This document shows positions 8,335 to 18,817 of a DNA stretch of 58,530 nucleotides, piece after piece. Every line of letters begins with the position of its first letter. The first letter of the stretch is position 1. Under the pieces are notes generated by a model that had not been told where the DNA came from, searched no databases, and worked only from the letters and a program-made list of their open reading frames with translations. The translations under genes and the position numbers were made by a program. This DNA comes from a virus (Duplodnaviria > Caudoviricetes): the IMG/VR virus record IMGVR_UViG_3300015050_000977, positions 1-58,530 of that record; one strand, 5' to 3'.

Positions 8335-9762
8335 TTAGCGCGGACCGGAGCCTTGGCGTGGAGGATACTTATTTAGGATGGCGTCGAGCGACGACGTGGC
8401 CGGCGCAGCCTTTGGCGCCACCACAGGCGCCGCTGAGGCATTCGGCGTCCAACTGACATATTCAGGCGGAATCACCTCATCCGGGTCCAGCCCGCGCTTA
8501 TCGGCGATGGCCTTATACTGCTTCGCGTCGCGCATCATATTTTCGTGATGGCGCTTACTTGCGTCATCCAGCGTTTTCAAGAAGTCGGCGCGCATCTTTA
8601 GCGAAAGGGTTTCACCCGACGCAGCCTGATTATATTGCTGCCAGATGCGCTCAGGAATCGAGCCCGTGTTCTTGGCGTCCGCACGCTCACCTTCGCGCAC
8701 CGTGGAGCGCGGATCGTAAGCCTTCATCACCGAGTAGACGAACGCCATGTCGTCGGCCGGCGTGCCGCGAGCCGCGAGGTCTCTGGCCAGATTGTAGGCC
8801 GTCGAAACGATGGCGAAGTTCTTGGCCGAATCCTTGGCGCCAAACTCGTCGCGCAGCTTCTTGGTCTCGTCAAAGACCTGCGCCGAGTCCTTCTTGCCGG
8901 TCTTGAGCGCATCGGCCTCGGCTTTGGCTGCTGCGGCCTCGGCTTTGGCTGTTCCAACCTGCTGACCCATCTCGTTGCGCAAGCCCTGCACCTCAAGCCG
9001 CGACTGCGCCGCAAGCGCTGCACGTTCAGCCGCGCCAGCCCGCGTGCTGTCGGCCTGTTGAAGTGCGACCATCTGAGCGGGCGTCATGCGCACGCCTTGC
9101 GAGGCCAATTGACCGGCGCCAGTCTCCAAGAACCTGCGCGCAGCATCGGACACTTCCGGCCGCACCACGCCGCCACCGTTGAGATTGCCGCTGCGCCCCG
9201 CCAGCGAGTCCGCCCCGCCAAGAGCCATCGGACCATCTGGCGCGCGGCCAAACAGCGCGGATGGACCGCCCGTGGCCGCGGGCTGCATCGGTGTGCCAGC
9301 ATTAAGCCGCTGACCAAGCGCCGCCATCTGCTGCATCTTGGCGTTTGTGGCATCCTCCTCCGTCTGCTGACGCTGCGCCTGTGCCAATTGGAACTGCGCC
9401 TGTTGCATCTGCATCGCCCGCATCTCCGCCATCTGCTTGTCCTCCTTCGCCTTCGTGTAGGTGTCCGCAAACGTGCTCAAAAGCGCCGCGTCCCGCACGC
9501 CCACGGTGCCGTCCCTCTGGAGCTTCATAAACGCCTTCACCGCGTCGGAGGGCGCGTTCGGCGACGGCTCCTCGGGGTTGAGGAATTGCAGCAGATCAGG
9601 GTTGGCCTTCAGTGCTCCCTCAAACTTGCCGAGGGCCTGTGCGGCCATCGTCTTGTTCTGGGCATAGCTTTGCATCCCCTGCTGGATTGAGTTTCCGAGG
9701 TTGCTGATGCCTTGGGCGATGTATTCGCCGCTGCGGTCTTGGATTCCAGGTGAGTAGGCCAT
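8335..9762 (-). CDS. Internal virion / ejection protein (start MAYSPGIQ at 9762)
   Basis: Gln/Ala-rich helical protein; position in the module; ACTACCATG start context. Confidence 0.6.
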   Translation of the reverse strand: MAYSPGIQDRSGEYIAQGISNLGNSIQQGMQSYAQNKTMAAQALGKFEGALKANPDLLQFLNPEEPSPNAPSDAVKAFMKLQRDGTVGVRDAALLSTFADTYTKAKEDKQMAEMRAMQMQQAQFQLAQAQRQQTEEDATNAKMQQMAALGQRLNAGTPMQPAATGGPSALFGRAPDGPMALGGADSLAGRSGNLNGGGVVRPEVSDAARRFLETGAGQLASQGVRMTPAQMVALQQADSTRAGAAERAALAAQSRLEVQGLRNEMGQQVGTAKAEAAAAKAEADALKTGKKDSAQVFDETKKLRDEFGAKDSAKNFAIVSTAYNLARDLAARGTPADDMAFVYSVMKAYDPRSTVREGERADAKNTGSIPERIWQQYNQAASGETLSLKMRADFLKTLDDASKRHHENMMRDAKQYKAIADKRGLDPDEVIPPEYVSWTPNASAAPVVAPKAAPATSSLDAILNKYPPRQGSGPR

Positions 9763-9769
9763 GGTAGTT

Positions 9770-11722
9770 TTAGGTTCCGGGCTTTTTAGCCGTCGATCCC
9801 GCGTAGTTGCCGTAAATGCTCGCCGCATTACCAATCAGCCCCAGCCCCGCGCCCGTCAACGCCGCATTGCTATTTCCCTGAGCGATATTAGCGCCCGCCT
9901 GCGCGTTGTAGTTGGTATTGTTTAGGTCGGACCCGTAACCGAGCAGCGCCGATGCGTAGTCTGGCGTCTGGCCCTGAATCAGCCCGTAATACTGCATCGG
10001 ATTGATCGCCTGCTGGCCTTGGAATTGGCCGTAACCCATCGCCCGGTTCCATGCGTCGGTGTTGTTCTGCGCCTGCAAGCTGGCATTGTAGCGATTGATG
10101 TCGTTCGACGCGCCCGCGTTGAACTGCGCCGCGGCGTTGGTCTGACCAGCGTTGAACTGATTATTCTGCTGCGCCAGATTTGCGTTAAACTGATTCTGCG
10201 TGTTGGTCGCGGTCGTGTTGAACTGACTGCCCTGCTGTTGGCGATTGGCGCCCGCTTGGAACGCGTCGTTGTTGAGACCTGCGTAGCCGAGGCCAAGCTG
10301 GTTATACTGCGTGGCGGCGTTCTGGTTGGCCTGACCAACCTGAAACCGCTGATTGTTCATCGTCAGATCGCGGCCTTGGTTGGCCTGTTGCGCCGTAAGG
10401 CTGTTGCTGGCGTTTGCCATCTGCCCTTGCAGTCCGAGCGCGTTCGCCCGCGCCCGCGCATCCTGATTGCCGAGTTGGCCTTGCAGATTGAGCGCATTGG
10501 ATGCCTGCCGCGCGCCCTGATTGGACTGCTGTGCGGCCAAGTTCTGCGCGTTACCCTGAAGTTGTGCCCCCAAGTTGCTCTGCTGCGCGCTCAAGCCCTG
10601 CGCACCGTAGTTCTGGAACGCGTTGGACACGCCGAGCGCATTGGCGAAACCTTGCTGGCGCTCACCAAAGCCCTTCTGATCCACGGCAGCGGCAAATCCG
10701 CGGCGCTCGTTGAGTCGCGCATTGGAGGCCGCGTCGCGGTTTAGGATTTCCGCCGCCACGGTGCTGTTGCTATTGATGAGTCCGCGAGCCGCGCCGGCTT
10801 CACGCGCCGCCTGCTGCGAGTTGCGGATGCCTTCTTGCGACAGCGCACCACCAAGCGCGAGGTCCGTGCGCGCCTGATCCTCAAGCGACAGTTGAATGTC
10901 AGACGGACCACCAGTGAGCATCCGCTGCGTAGCAGAGCTAAGCCCGATGTCGCCCTGTTGCGCCCGCACGCGGTCAAAGCCCGTGTTGGCCTGAACGCGG
11001 TCAAAGCCAAGATTGCCGTTCACGCGGTCGTAGCCCGTGTCGGCATTGACCATCATGGCGTTCACGTCACGGGCGTTCTGCGGACCGGCGATGTCTGCTG
11101 GTCGTTGCACGTTGGCGCCGTAGTTCGTCGGGCCGAACGGCCCAATCTCAGCCTGCGCAGCCTGCCCTGCGCCATTGGTGTTTCCTGATCCGCTGGCGAA
11201 ATATCCGCTGGCACTTACCGGGCCGGGCGCGTTGGCGTTGAGGCCGGCCATCGTGGAGCCAAGACCTTGCGTGTAGGATGCCAGCGCCGGGTTAGCCGAG
11301 TCGTAGGCACTGCGAAGCTGCTGCCCAAAGCCGGGGCCGTAAGTGAGCGAGCTTTGGTTGTTGCCTGAGTTGGCGAGCGCAAACTGCTCCGGCGTCCAAC
11401 CCTGATTTTCGCCCGACGCTTGCGCCGCCTGATATTGCGCCATGAAACCGGGGTTGGCGGCTTCGTAGGCAGCAACGTCAAAGTTGCCGCGCATCGCGTT
11501 ATTGAAATTGTTCTGGTTAAGCTGCGTGAGCTGGCCGTTGTATTGGGCTTGATTATTGTAGCCAAGCTGCGCGAACGTAGGCACCTGATTGGCGATGGTG
11601 CCGAGTTCGTTTCCGAGGTTGCGCGCGGGCGGAGCGGTGCCCGTGCCGGAGCGCGTGGCGCCGTAGATTGACGTTCCTGCGCCGACTACGGCGCTTCCAA
11701 TTCCGACCCACATCATGCTCAT
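9770..11722 (-). CDS. Gln/Asn/Ala-rich ejection protein (P22 gp7-like position)
   Basis: N-terminal hydrophobic Gly-rich segment, low-complexity QN repeats and a Gly-rich C-terminus. Confidence 0.65.
   Translation of the reverse strand: MSMMWVGIGSAVVGAGTSIYGATRSGTGTAPPARNLGNELGTIANQVPTFAQLGYNNQAQYNGQLTQLNQNNFNNAMRGNFDVAAYEAANPGFMAQYQAAQASGENQGWTPEQFALANSGNNQSSLTYGPGFGQQLRSAYDSANPALASYTQGLGSTMAGLNANAPGPVSASGYFASGSGNTNGAGQAAQAEIGPFGPTNYGANVQRPADIAGPQNARDVNAMMVNADTGYDRVNGNLGFDRVQANTGFDRVRAQQGDIGLSSATQRMLTGGPSDIQLSLEDQARTDLALGGALSQEGIRNSQQAAREAGAARGLINSNSTVAAEILNRDAASNARLNERRGFAAAVDQKGFGERQQGFANALGVSNAFQNYGAQGLSAQQSNLGAQLQGNAQNLAAQQSNQGARQASNALNLQGQLGNQDARARANALGLQGQMANASNSLTAQQANQGRDLTMNNQRFQVGQANQNAATQYNQLGLGYAGLNNDAFQAGANRQQQGSQFNTTATNTQNQFNANLAQQNNQFNAGQTNAAAQFNAGASNDINRYNASLQAQNNTDAWNRAMGYGQFQGQQAINPMQYYGLIQGQTPDYASALLGYGSDLNNTNYNAQAGANIAQGNSNAALTGAGLGLIGNAASIYGNYAGSTAKKPGT
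10968..11048 (-). repeat. Three degenerate 27-nt in-frame repeats (xTG[YF]DRVxx)
   Basis: Protein reads DTGYDRVNG-NLGFDRVQA-NTGFDRVRA. Confidence 0.7.
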
Positions 11723-12231
11723 GTTAGTGCCCTTTCATTAGGCGCGATGCCGCGCTGGTTTTGACGAATCGCAGCCATCTGGTCGTCGGAAAGAAAATCC
11801 ATGTGCCCAAGCGACATATGTGGATACGTCACGGCATCCACGATCTTTTCGGGATCGGTTTCGTCGGTGACGTGGAACGTGCTCCATACCGTGTCCTCTA
11901 ACACGTCAAGAATGCGGCGCGTGCCGGGCTTGGTAACGCCGACATGCGGCGCGTAAAGCGTGACCCAATCGCTGTCGCCGTCACGGACTCGGACGGTGCC
12001 CTTGGAGATTACGAACGGGTGTTCGTAAAGGTGGATGCGGCTGGTCAGCTTGGTCCCGGCTGGCATCAGGATCGTGCGCGTGTAGAGGCCGGACGTGAAC
12101 GTATGCGTCAGTGGGCAAACCTGCTGCGGGAGTTGCGCCATCGCCTGCTCAAGCCGGTTGATCTGTTCCCATGCGGGCGTGCCGATTCGCTCGGTCACTA
12201 TGCTATTCGGGAGTTCGGCTACGGGGAGCAT
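11719..12231 (-). CDS. Cupin-fold phage protein
   Basis: HTFTSGLYTRTILMPAG...SRIH..EHPFVISKG...TKPGTRR pattern, typical of small cupin proteins in podoviral tail regions. Confidence 0.7.
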   Translation of the reverse strand: MLPVAELPNSIVTERIGTPAWEQINRLEQAMAQLPQQVCPLTHTFTSGLYTRTILMPAGTKLTSRIHLYEHPFVISKGTVRVRDGDSDWVTLYAPHVGVTKPGTRRILDVLEDTVWSTFHVTDETDPEKIVDAVTYPHMSLGHMDFLSDDQMAAIRQNQRGIAPNERALT

Positions 12232-12237
12232 GGATGG

Positions 12238-13128
12238 TTAGCTAGCGACCGCCTTGATAACTGCAAAGTTAATCACGATGGAGCCGGTTTCTGCGGTGAC
12301 AGCATCGGCATTGTAGACCGTGATGGTGAAGTTGCCTGCGTTCACGTTGCTGACCTTGACGATGGTCTTCTCGTTCACGGCTCCGCTCTTGATGCTGACT
12401 ACCACGGTGTCGGTAGCAACAACCGTGGAGTTAAGGACCGAGAATGTGGCCGAGGCAAGTGCCGCTAGCGACGTGCTGTTAGTAGTAACGGCGCCACATA
12501 CATTGTCGAGCGTAACGGAGGTTGTGCGGTTGGTGGCTTGCGTAACGGCACCGCCTGCGCCGGTTGTGTAGCCTGAGCCTATGGTTGGGCTGTTTGCCAA
12601 GAAACCCAATCCCGCGATACCGGCACTCGATACCGTCATTGCGATGGAGCGACTAGACGAGCCGTTTCCGATGTAATACTGAAGTGTCCCGCCTGTCCAC
12701 TCGGTTGCTCCATTCGCAAATCCGTTTACTGTAGTGGTGCTGCTTCCAGCAAAAATCTTGTTTGGCGGAGAACCGGCCGAGTTGTATTCAAACGTAAGGT
12801 TTCCCGTGTTACTATTTCCCATCCGAAATTGCAGCGTTCCAGTCGATTTCGCAATGGCCAACGTATCCCCATTATTTGCCCACGTAATGCTTCCATCGTT
12901 GAGCGTGATAAATGATATGTCCCCGAGCGTTGCTGTCGTGCGCCCCAAGAATCCGCCGCCAGTTGCCTGTGCCAGCTTGGAATTAGTCACGGAGTTGTCC
13001 GCGATCATGGCGGTGATGATCTCATTTGTTCCGACCGTGACGGTCGGGCTCCCGAGGAGATTAAGCTTGGAATACGTGATCGGATCAGTTGCGGAAGTGA
13101 AGACGTATCCTGGAGTTGTGTTAGCCAT
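12238..13128 (-). CDS. Tail fibre/spike-like protein
   Basis: Thr/Gly/Ser-rich beta-type sequence; probable start MANTTPGY. Confidence 0.6.
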   Translation of the reverse strand: MANTTPGYVFTSATDPITYSKLNLLGSPTVTVGTNEIITAMIADNSVTNSKLAQATGGGFLGRTTATLGDISFITLNDGSITWANNGDTLAIAKSTGTLQFRMGNSNTGNLTFEYNSAGSPPNKIFAGSSTTTVNGFANGATEWTGGTLQYYIGNGSSSRSIAMTVSSAGIAGLGFLANSPTIGSGYTTGAGGAVTQATNRTTSVTLDNVCGAVTTNSTSLAALASATFSVLNSTVVATDTVVVSIKSGAVNEKTIVKVSNVNAGNFTITVYNADAVTAETGSIVINFAVIKAVAS

Positions 13129-13144
13129 GGTATTTGTTTTTCCG

Positions 13145-15676
13145 TTACCCAACCTGAACTAGACTGTTTCTATCGCCCGCGCGAGCCTCAATGCCAACAC
13201 CCTCGATGTTGCATACGCCAGTCGTGTTCGTGACCCGATACCAACTGAGCCGACCCTTGCGGCGCGAAATGATCGGGAAGCGATACGACTGCCGCATCTC
13301 CGGCTTAATCCCGGTTCCACACTGCACGCTGTCCGGCCCCGATGCGTAGTCCTTTCGGAACGCGCGATTGTAGTCGTCGTTCGCGTTCGACATTACATAA
13401 GCCGCATCGTTGAACAGCCAGCTTTGCGACCGCAGGTAGGTCTGATCCGTCAGAATAAACGACGACTCACTTGCCCCCTCCGCGAACGCCTCAACCGAAA
13501 ATTCAGGCCGGTTCGTGGACACGTCCATATACATCCGGCGAGGGATGTGGCTGTTGTTGTCCAAGCGGTAAGCGCGAGTCGTAAGGCTGTCCGCGATCTC
13601 CGCCACGATGGTTCCGCTGATGTCCACGTTGGACTGGCCGGTGACGAAAATGCGGCCGTCCGATGTGACGACATGAAGCCTTACGGTGCCGTTATAATTG
13701 CCGGTCACGAAGCCTTGAATGTCCATGCCCAGCGCCGAATCAAAACCCCACTCACCCCACCATTGTTTCGTGATAAAGTTGTAGACCAAGATCGCGTTGA
13801 TCGTGGGCGAGTTGTCCAGCGGAAGCGCGACGTAGAGCTTGTTATCCCAGTAGGCCATACTGACGCGATACGCCTGCGGCCAATTCACGCGGTTGATGAT
13901 CGACTTGATGTTGCGCGAAAGGGGCTCAGTCGCGGCCTGAAGGTTGTTCTGGAGGTTGAGCTGAATTGTCGTGATGTCGCGGTCGGTCATGTAGACCAGA
14001 TCAGGACCAACCGCAGTCACGGCATTGATGCCGATGATTCCGAGCTGACGCGTGACCTCGGTCGCCGTCACGTCGTTCAGCGAGCCCTGCACGTTCTGAA
14101 GCATGATGGACGACTTGTATTTGAACACTACCAGACCGTTGTCGCCGAACGGGTAGCTGGTCACGATGTAGTCGCTGCTGCCCGTGTTCAGATTGAAGCT
14201 GTTGGCGATGTCGTCGTAGGCCGTGAAGTCCAGCACGTCGGAAGCCGCCAAGTTATCCTTGCCGTTCACGACCCACATGCGGTTTTGGCAGTAGGTCGCT
14301 TGGTTGCTCTGAGGGATGCTGGCGAAGCCAGGCACGCCGCCCGTGTAGTCCGGCACCTCAATAAACGCACCGTTCCAATTTCCGTCCCAGTAGATCGGCG
14401 TCTGGCCTTCGCCTGCGAAGATGAACAGCAGGTTATTGGCCTGCACAATCGTGGACTGCTGGCTTACGACGTAGCCTGACGGGTAGGCGATGTTGACGCT
14501 ATTCTTCCCGAACGAGTAAAATCCGGCCGACGTAGGCCCTGCGAGCACCTTCCAATCGCTATCTGGCGCGTTGGGATCGGAGTAGGTGCCGCTGGCCCAG
14601 ACGGTGACGCCGTAAGCGGTCATCGCGCGGGTGCCCGTTCCGGTTGCGCCGACCGCAACGAAAATGCCAGCCGCGTAGGTGACGCAGGTCCAGTTCTCGT
14701 CAAGTGCGTTAGACCTGGACGACCACGTTATCCCGTCATACGAAATCATCACCCGGTTATTGGTGCCGGTGCTGGAGACGGCGACAAATCGGTTGTATCC
14801 GAACGCGACTGCTTTCCATACATTTGCCGCGGCGGCGGTTCTCGCTGTCCACGTCACGCCATCTGGCGAGGTCATCACCTGTGATGTCGCCAAACTTGAA
14901 ACGGCTACAAAAATACCGTTCCCGTAGGCGACCGACTGCCACGCGTTGCTATCTGGACTGGTGCGAGCAGTCCACGTAACGCCATCTGGCGAGGTTGCCA
15001 CGGCGCCAGCGGTTCCGACCGCGACAAACGTCCCGTTACCGTAGGTTATGCACTGCGAGTTCTGAGCAATGCCTGTGTTTGCTGCCCACGTAATGCCGTC
15101 CGTGGATGTCATCGCGTAGTTGGGGCCGGTTGAGGCGACTGCAACGAATTTGCCTGCACCGTAAGCGACCGAACGCCAGTTGCTGTCTGCGGCGCTGACC
15201 CGAGTCGTCCACGTCACGCCATCAGGGGAGGTCATTACGCGGTCCCCGGTGCCGGTAAGCGACACGGCCACGAACAGACCTGCGCCAAAGCAAACCTCGC
15301 TCCATATGTTCGCAACAGAGGCCGTGCGCGCCGTCCATGTGATCCCATCCGGCGAGGTCATCACGCGACTGGCGCCATTGGCAGCAACAGCCACAAACAC
15401 TCCGTTCCCGTAGGTGATCGACTCCCACTCGTTATTAGCCGCAGTGGTCCGGGCCGTCCATTCGCTCAGGAACGGCGCGGCGCCCAATTCTGGCAGGCAC
15501 ACGAAACCACCGCGCGTGGCCGCAGAGGAGTTGGTGAAATCCTTGTTTGTGGCTGCCTGCGCGATGCCTTGCGGCAGGTTCTCCGGGTTTGTGAAGTCGT
15601 CTACGCCGATGAACGCGGTATCGCCCTCTTCCATCGGCGGGGCATCTATGGCCCCGTATGACGAGTAACGATTCAC
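13145..15676 (-). CDS. Tail nozzle (tail tubular B / DNA-stabilisation-like) with an inserted beta-propeller repeat domain
   Basis: 843 aa; position after the adaptor; about seven repeats of WTARTxxxxNxWxxVxYGxGxFVAV. Confidence 0.7.
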   Translation of the reverse strand: MNRYSSYGAIDAPPMEEGDTAFIGVDDFTNPENLPQGIAQAATNKDFTNSSAATRGGFVCLPELGAAPFLSEWTARTTAANNEWESITYGNGVFVAVAANGASRVMTSPDGITWTARTASVANIWSEVCFGAGLFVAVSLTGTGDRVMTSPDGVTWTTRVSAADSNWRSVAYGAGKFVAVASTGPNYAMTSTDGITWAANTGIAQNSQCITYGNGTFVAVGTAGAVATSPDGVTWTARTSPDSNAWQSVAYGNGIFVAVSSLATSQVMTSPDGVTWTARTAAAANVWKAVAFGYNRFVAVSSTGTNNRVMISYDGITWSSRSNALDENWTCVTYAAGIFVAVGATGTGTRAMTAYGVTVWASGTYSDPNAPDSDWKVLAGPTSAGFYSFGKNSVNIAYPSGYVVSQQSTIVQANNLLFIFAGEGQTPIYWDGNWNGAFIEVPDYTGGVPGFASIPQSNQATYCQNRMWVVNGKDNLAASDVLDFTAYDDIANSFNLNTGSSDYIVTSYPFGDNGLVVFKYKSSIMLQNVQGSLNDVTATEVTRQLGIIGINAVTAVGPDLVYMTDRDITTIQLNLQNNLQAATEPLSRNIKSIINRVNWPQAYRVSMAYWDNKLYVALPLDNSPTINAILVYNFITKQWWGEWGFDSALGMDIQGFVTGNYNGTVRLHVVTSDGRIFVTGQSNVDISGTIVAEIADSLTTRAYRLDNNSHIPRRMYMDVSTNRPEFSVEAFAEGASESSFILTDQTYLRSQSWLFNDAAYVMSNANDDYNRAFRKDYASGPDSVQCGTGIKPEMRQSYRFPIISRRKGRLSWYRVTNTTGVCNIEGVGIEARAGDRNSLVQVG

Positions 15677-15684
15677 GGACAGAA

Positions 15685-15918
15685 TTAGACCGGCAGCGGG
15701 CCGTCTTGGCGCTTCACGATTTCCGTGATGCGTTTCTCAAGCTCGGAATGGCTAGCCTCAAGCGCGGCATACTTGGCCTTCAGGTCGCCGTGTTCCTTGG
15801 CGAGCGCGTCGGCGGCTTCCTGGTTGACGGAAGCCTGTGCCAGTTGATCGACCAGCGTTGTGACGGCCTGCTGGTTCAGTTTTGATACGATGGATGCCTT
15901 GGCTTCGTTCAGGGTCAT
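15685..15918 (-). CDS. Small coiled-coil protein (possible fibre chaperone)
   Basis: 77 aa helical ORF after the fibre gene. Confidence 0.55.
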   Translation of the reverse strand: MTLNEAKASIVSKLNQQAVTTLVDQLAQASVNQEAADALAKEHGDLKAKYAALEASHSELEKRITEIVKRQDGPLPV

Positions 15919-15936
15919 ATATGGATGCGATTTAAG

Positions 15937-17103
15937 TTAAGCGATAACGCCTCCGAAGCTACCCGTCACGATCCACCCGCGCGTCGTGCGATACACGAGG
16001 GTGATGGACTCCCCTGCGGCGGTGGATGTAAACGTGGACCAGCCGGTTGCCGTGGTCGGCGTGAGCACGAATGAGCCACCGTCAACGTCGTGGAAAATCG
16101 TCTTGGTTTGCCCGTTCGTGCCGTTCGCCAGCGTGATCGCATCCAGTGCGCCCGTGGTGGTGATAGCAGTGACTTGCTCGGTTACATTTGCCGCGCCAGG
16201 ACCGGACAAGGCCTGGATGCTCTCGACGATGAAGCCCGTGAACGTAACCGCCGTCCCGGCCTTGCCCATTGTGACGCCTCCGCCCAAGATGGGGTTAAAC
16301 CGCACGCTACTGCCCTCTAGGTCCAGCGTGGCGAAGGAGCCGGCATCGTTCACGGCCTCGATAGCAATGTTGCCTGTGCCGCGGATGCGGAGGTTCTGGT
16401 TGGTGCTCGCGTAGACGTTCAGATTTCCGGGCGTGAAGGCGGCGGCGTTGGGCTCACCGATCTGCACGGCGGTGCCGAAGACTTTCAGGCCGGTTATTTG
16501 CGCGGTCGTGCCGGTGGCCACCGTCTTAATCGAAACCGAGCTGGCGTGATTCGTGCCGCTCCACAGGCTCTCCGCGGCGAGGATGATTTCCGGGCTGTGG
16601 TTGAGCGAGCCGGTGAGGCCGGTATGATCCAGTCCGAGGCCGACGATGGTGAGAATGTTGCCCGCTTCAGTGGGCGTGGGCGAAGCAAAGGAACCGCTGA
16701 TACGCTCCCCAGCGATGTAGTTTTGCTTGGGCGTTCCGCCATCGACAACGAATAGGCGTTGCGTGGTATTCGCGCCTTCTCGGAAGAGATGCAGTTCCCC
16801 TTGACCGCCGTAGAGCGGGCCGGCCGTCTGGTCGCCAATGCGCATTTGGATAGAATCGGCAGAGAGTCCGATGCGTGTGCTTTGCGTTGAAGCAGAGTCG
16901 GGAAATGATACTACAAAATCCCCGCCTGAACCGCTTGGGGTCAGCGATATGTCCTGATCGGTTCCATTGGCCGCAATCGCCCACGAACCGGCAGCGCCCC
17001 CAGTGATGGTTTGACCGTTGGGGCCAACGAACGGCCCGCCAATGACGGTGCTGGAAACGCCACCGCCGTTGCCGCCCATAATATTCGGGTGATTTGAGAG
17101 CAT
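15937..17103 (-). CDS. Tail fibre-like protein (start MLSNHPNI)
   Basis: Gly/Thr-rich; the longer track start would overlap the upstream gene. Confidence 0.6.
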   Translation of the reverse strand: MLSNHPNIMGGNGGGVSSTVIGGPFVGPNGQTITGGAAGSWAIAANGTDQDISLTPSGSGGDFVVSFPDSASTQSTRIGLSADSIQMRIGDQTAGPLYGGQGELHLFREGANTTQRLFVVDGGTPKQNYIAGERISGSFASPTPTEAGNILTIVGLGLDHTGLTGSLNHSPEIILAAESLWSGTNHASSVSIKTVATGTTAQITGLKVFGTAVQIGEPNAAAFTPGNLNVYASTNQNLRIRGTGNIAIEAVNDAGSFATLDLEGSSVRFNPILGGGVTMGKAGTAVTFTGFIVESIQALSGPGAANVTEQVTAITTTGALDAITLANGTNGQTKTIFHDVDGGSFVLTPTTATGWSTFTSTAAGESITLVYRTTRGWIVTGSFGGVIA

Positions 17104-17116
17104 GTTGGCGGGGGCG

Positions 17117-17458
17117 TTAGATTTGGAACGCGGACGAGAAGATGATGGCGTCGCCGGTCGCCGCCGTGTCGCGGATGAACTTGGCCGCGTTGAACTGATC
17201 CACGTTCCACGTATAAGCCGAGCCAACGTAGAGCAGATGGCCTACGGTGCTGGTCGGGTCCGTGCCATCCCAGCGAACGCGCACGTTGGCGGTCTGCACG
17301 TCGAACGTGACGACGGAGTTGGCACCCACGGCGGACGAGCCCGTGTAGCCGGCCGGCGAGACTGCGGAGGTGCTGACAGTCAGCGATTGGCTGGCGACCG
17401 GCAATGCGCCCAGCATGGCGCGCTTCGGGTAGGAGACGTTCTGGGATGAGTAGGCCAT
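17117..17458 (-). CDS. Small virion structural protein
   Basis: 113 aa beta-rich protein with a VRVRWDGTDPT motif, in the structural block. Confidence 0.6.
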   Translation of the reverse strand: MAYSSQNVSYPKRAMLGALPVASQSLTVSTSAVSPAGYTGSSAVGANSVVTFDVQTANVRVRWDGTDPTSTVGHLLYVGSAYTWNVDQFNAAKFIRDTAATGDAIIFSSAFQI

Positions 17459-17487
17459 GGTGGTAGGTGGTTAAAACAGTAGGTGGC

Positions 17488-18816
17488 TTAGTAGGCTGGG
17501 CGGGAGGTGAGGTGGGTTGCGACCTTCATTGGCGACATCACGTTCATCTGGCGTTCGTTCTTGTCGAGCTGATCGCCCATCTTGTCCTCGGCGATGGCAT
17601 AGACGGCCTGCGCCTTGTCGAACTGGCCGTCGCTGATCAACCAATCGCCGAACGACTGGTAGATGCAGAACTGGAGAAATGTATCATACAGCGTAATCCG
17701 CACCCAGCTATTGGGCGTCGTGGTCGGCGATTGCCCCGCTGACGTTGCCACGATGCACTTATAGAAATCGCCGTAGCCATCTGCGGCAGTGAAGTAAATC
17801 TGCTCATCCACCGCATAGGTCTCCGCCGCGTCGTAAACGTCGCCCGTGTATTGCGGGCAAGTGGTGCGGTAGTAGATGTAGATTGGGTTGTTTGGAGGCG
17901 CCCCGTATAGGTTATTCTGAGCCACGCCGTTCTGATACTGCGTATATTGATATGGCGTGCCGTTAATGACCTGTATCCCCTGCGGCGTGATGTTGTAGCC
18001 GAACTGCGACGGGTAGTTGTTGGCGAATGGGCTGCACGGCCAGATGTTGTAGATCGCGTCTATTTCGTTTTCGCCCAACTGGTCCCATGACAGCACCAAG
18101 TCCTGAACCGGCGTGTATTGCGTCTGCTGGACGAGGGCACCCCACAGATAGCAGCCCTTGGCGGTGTCGCCCGCGTAGGAGAGCGTGCTGCCATCGGTCG
18201 AAAGCTGGAGCGTGTAGCTGCCCGACGTAGTTGCGGCAGCGTTGGCCGTGAATGTTGCTTGGCAGAGCCAGAAGCCGTTCGGCTGTTGCGCGATGGTCGT
18301 GGATGTGAAATTGCTGGCCGTGCCTACGGTGCCGGCCGACGTGTTGAAGAACGCCGTGTAAGTTGTGACGCCATCGAACACGGACAAATACTGCCAGATG
18401 CGGCCATTGGGCCGGGCATAGAACGAGACCGTGTAGCTGGTGCTGGGATAGAACGTGGTGACGTTTTGCGCGACGCTGTGCGCGGAACTCGCACCAGTCT
18501 CCATCATCTTCGTCGCCGTAGTGAAGCCGTCAGCGGGGTTGGAAATGCTGTTTGCGGTCAACGTGGCCGCAGTTGCGGTCCAGTAGGAAGTCTGAGCTTG
18601 GTTGTTCGGATAACTCAGCCGATTGCCAAGGAAACGTGCTTCGCCGTAGGGGCTAATCTCAATCCACGGGGCGTCATCCCACATCTTGGCGATGGCCGTA
18701 TTGAACGTCGCGTTAAGAACGGCCGCAATCTCAGTCGTAATTCTGTCCGCGGGAATCCCAATGAGCGCAGCGATCTGCGTCAGGTAGGTCGAGTAGTGAC
18801 TGGCGAGCCTTGCCAT
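17488..18816 (-). CDS. Head-tail adaptor (tail tubular A-like) with inserted carbohydrate-binding-like domains
   Basis: Helical termini enclose a jelly-roll-like insert and a CBM5/12-like YDAAETY...YKC...P...W segment. Confidence 0.6.
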   Translation of the reverse strand: MARLASHYSTYLTQIAALIGIPADRITTEIAAVLNATFNTAIAKMWDDAPWIEISPYGEARFLGNRLSYPNNQAQTSYWTATAATLTANSISNPADGFTTATKMMETGASSAHSVAQNVTTFYPSTSYTVSFYARPNGRIWQYLSVFDGVTTYTAFFNTSAGTVGTASNFTSTTIAQQPNGFWLCQATFTANAAATTSGSYTLQLSTDGSTLSYAGDTAKGCYLWGALVQQTQYTPVQDLVLSWDQLGENEIDAIYNIWPCSPFANNYPSQFGYNITPQGIQVINGTPYQYTQYQNGVAQNNLYGAPPNNPIYIYYRTTCPQYTGDVYDAAETYAVDEQIYFTAADGYGDFYKCIVATSAGQSPTTTPNSWVRITLYDTFLQFCIYQSFGDWLISDGQFDKAQAVYAIAEDKMGDQLDKNERQMNVMSPMKVATHLTSRPAY

Positions 18817-18817
18817 A

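Noticed and set aside
5428-14479. Long plus-strand ORFs (5428..6558, 8635..9690, 13424..14479) opposite structural genes
   Set aside because: These are antisense shadows expected from high-GC codon bias, with no recognisable motifs.
14600-15470. Repeats in the nozzle gene as diversity-generating retroelement TR/VR
   Set aside because: They are in-frame protein repeats, and no reverse transcriptase is present.
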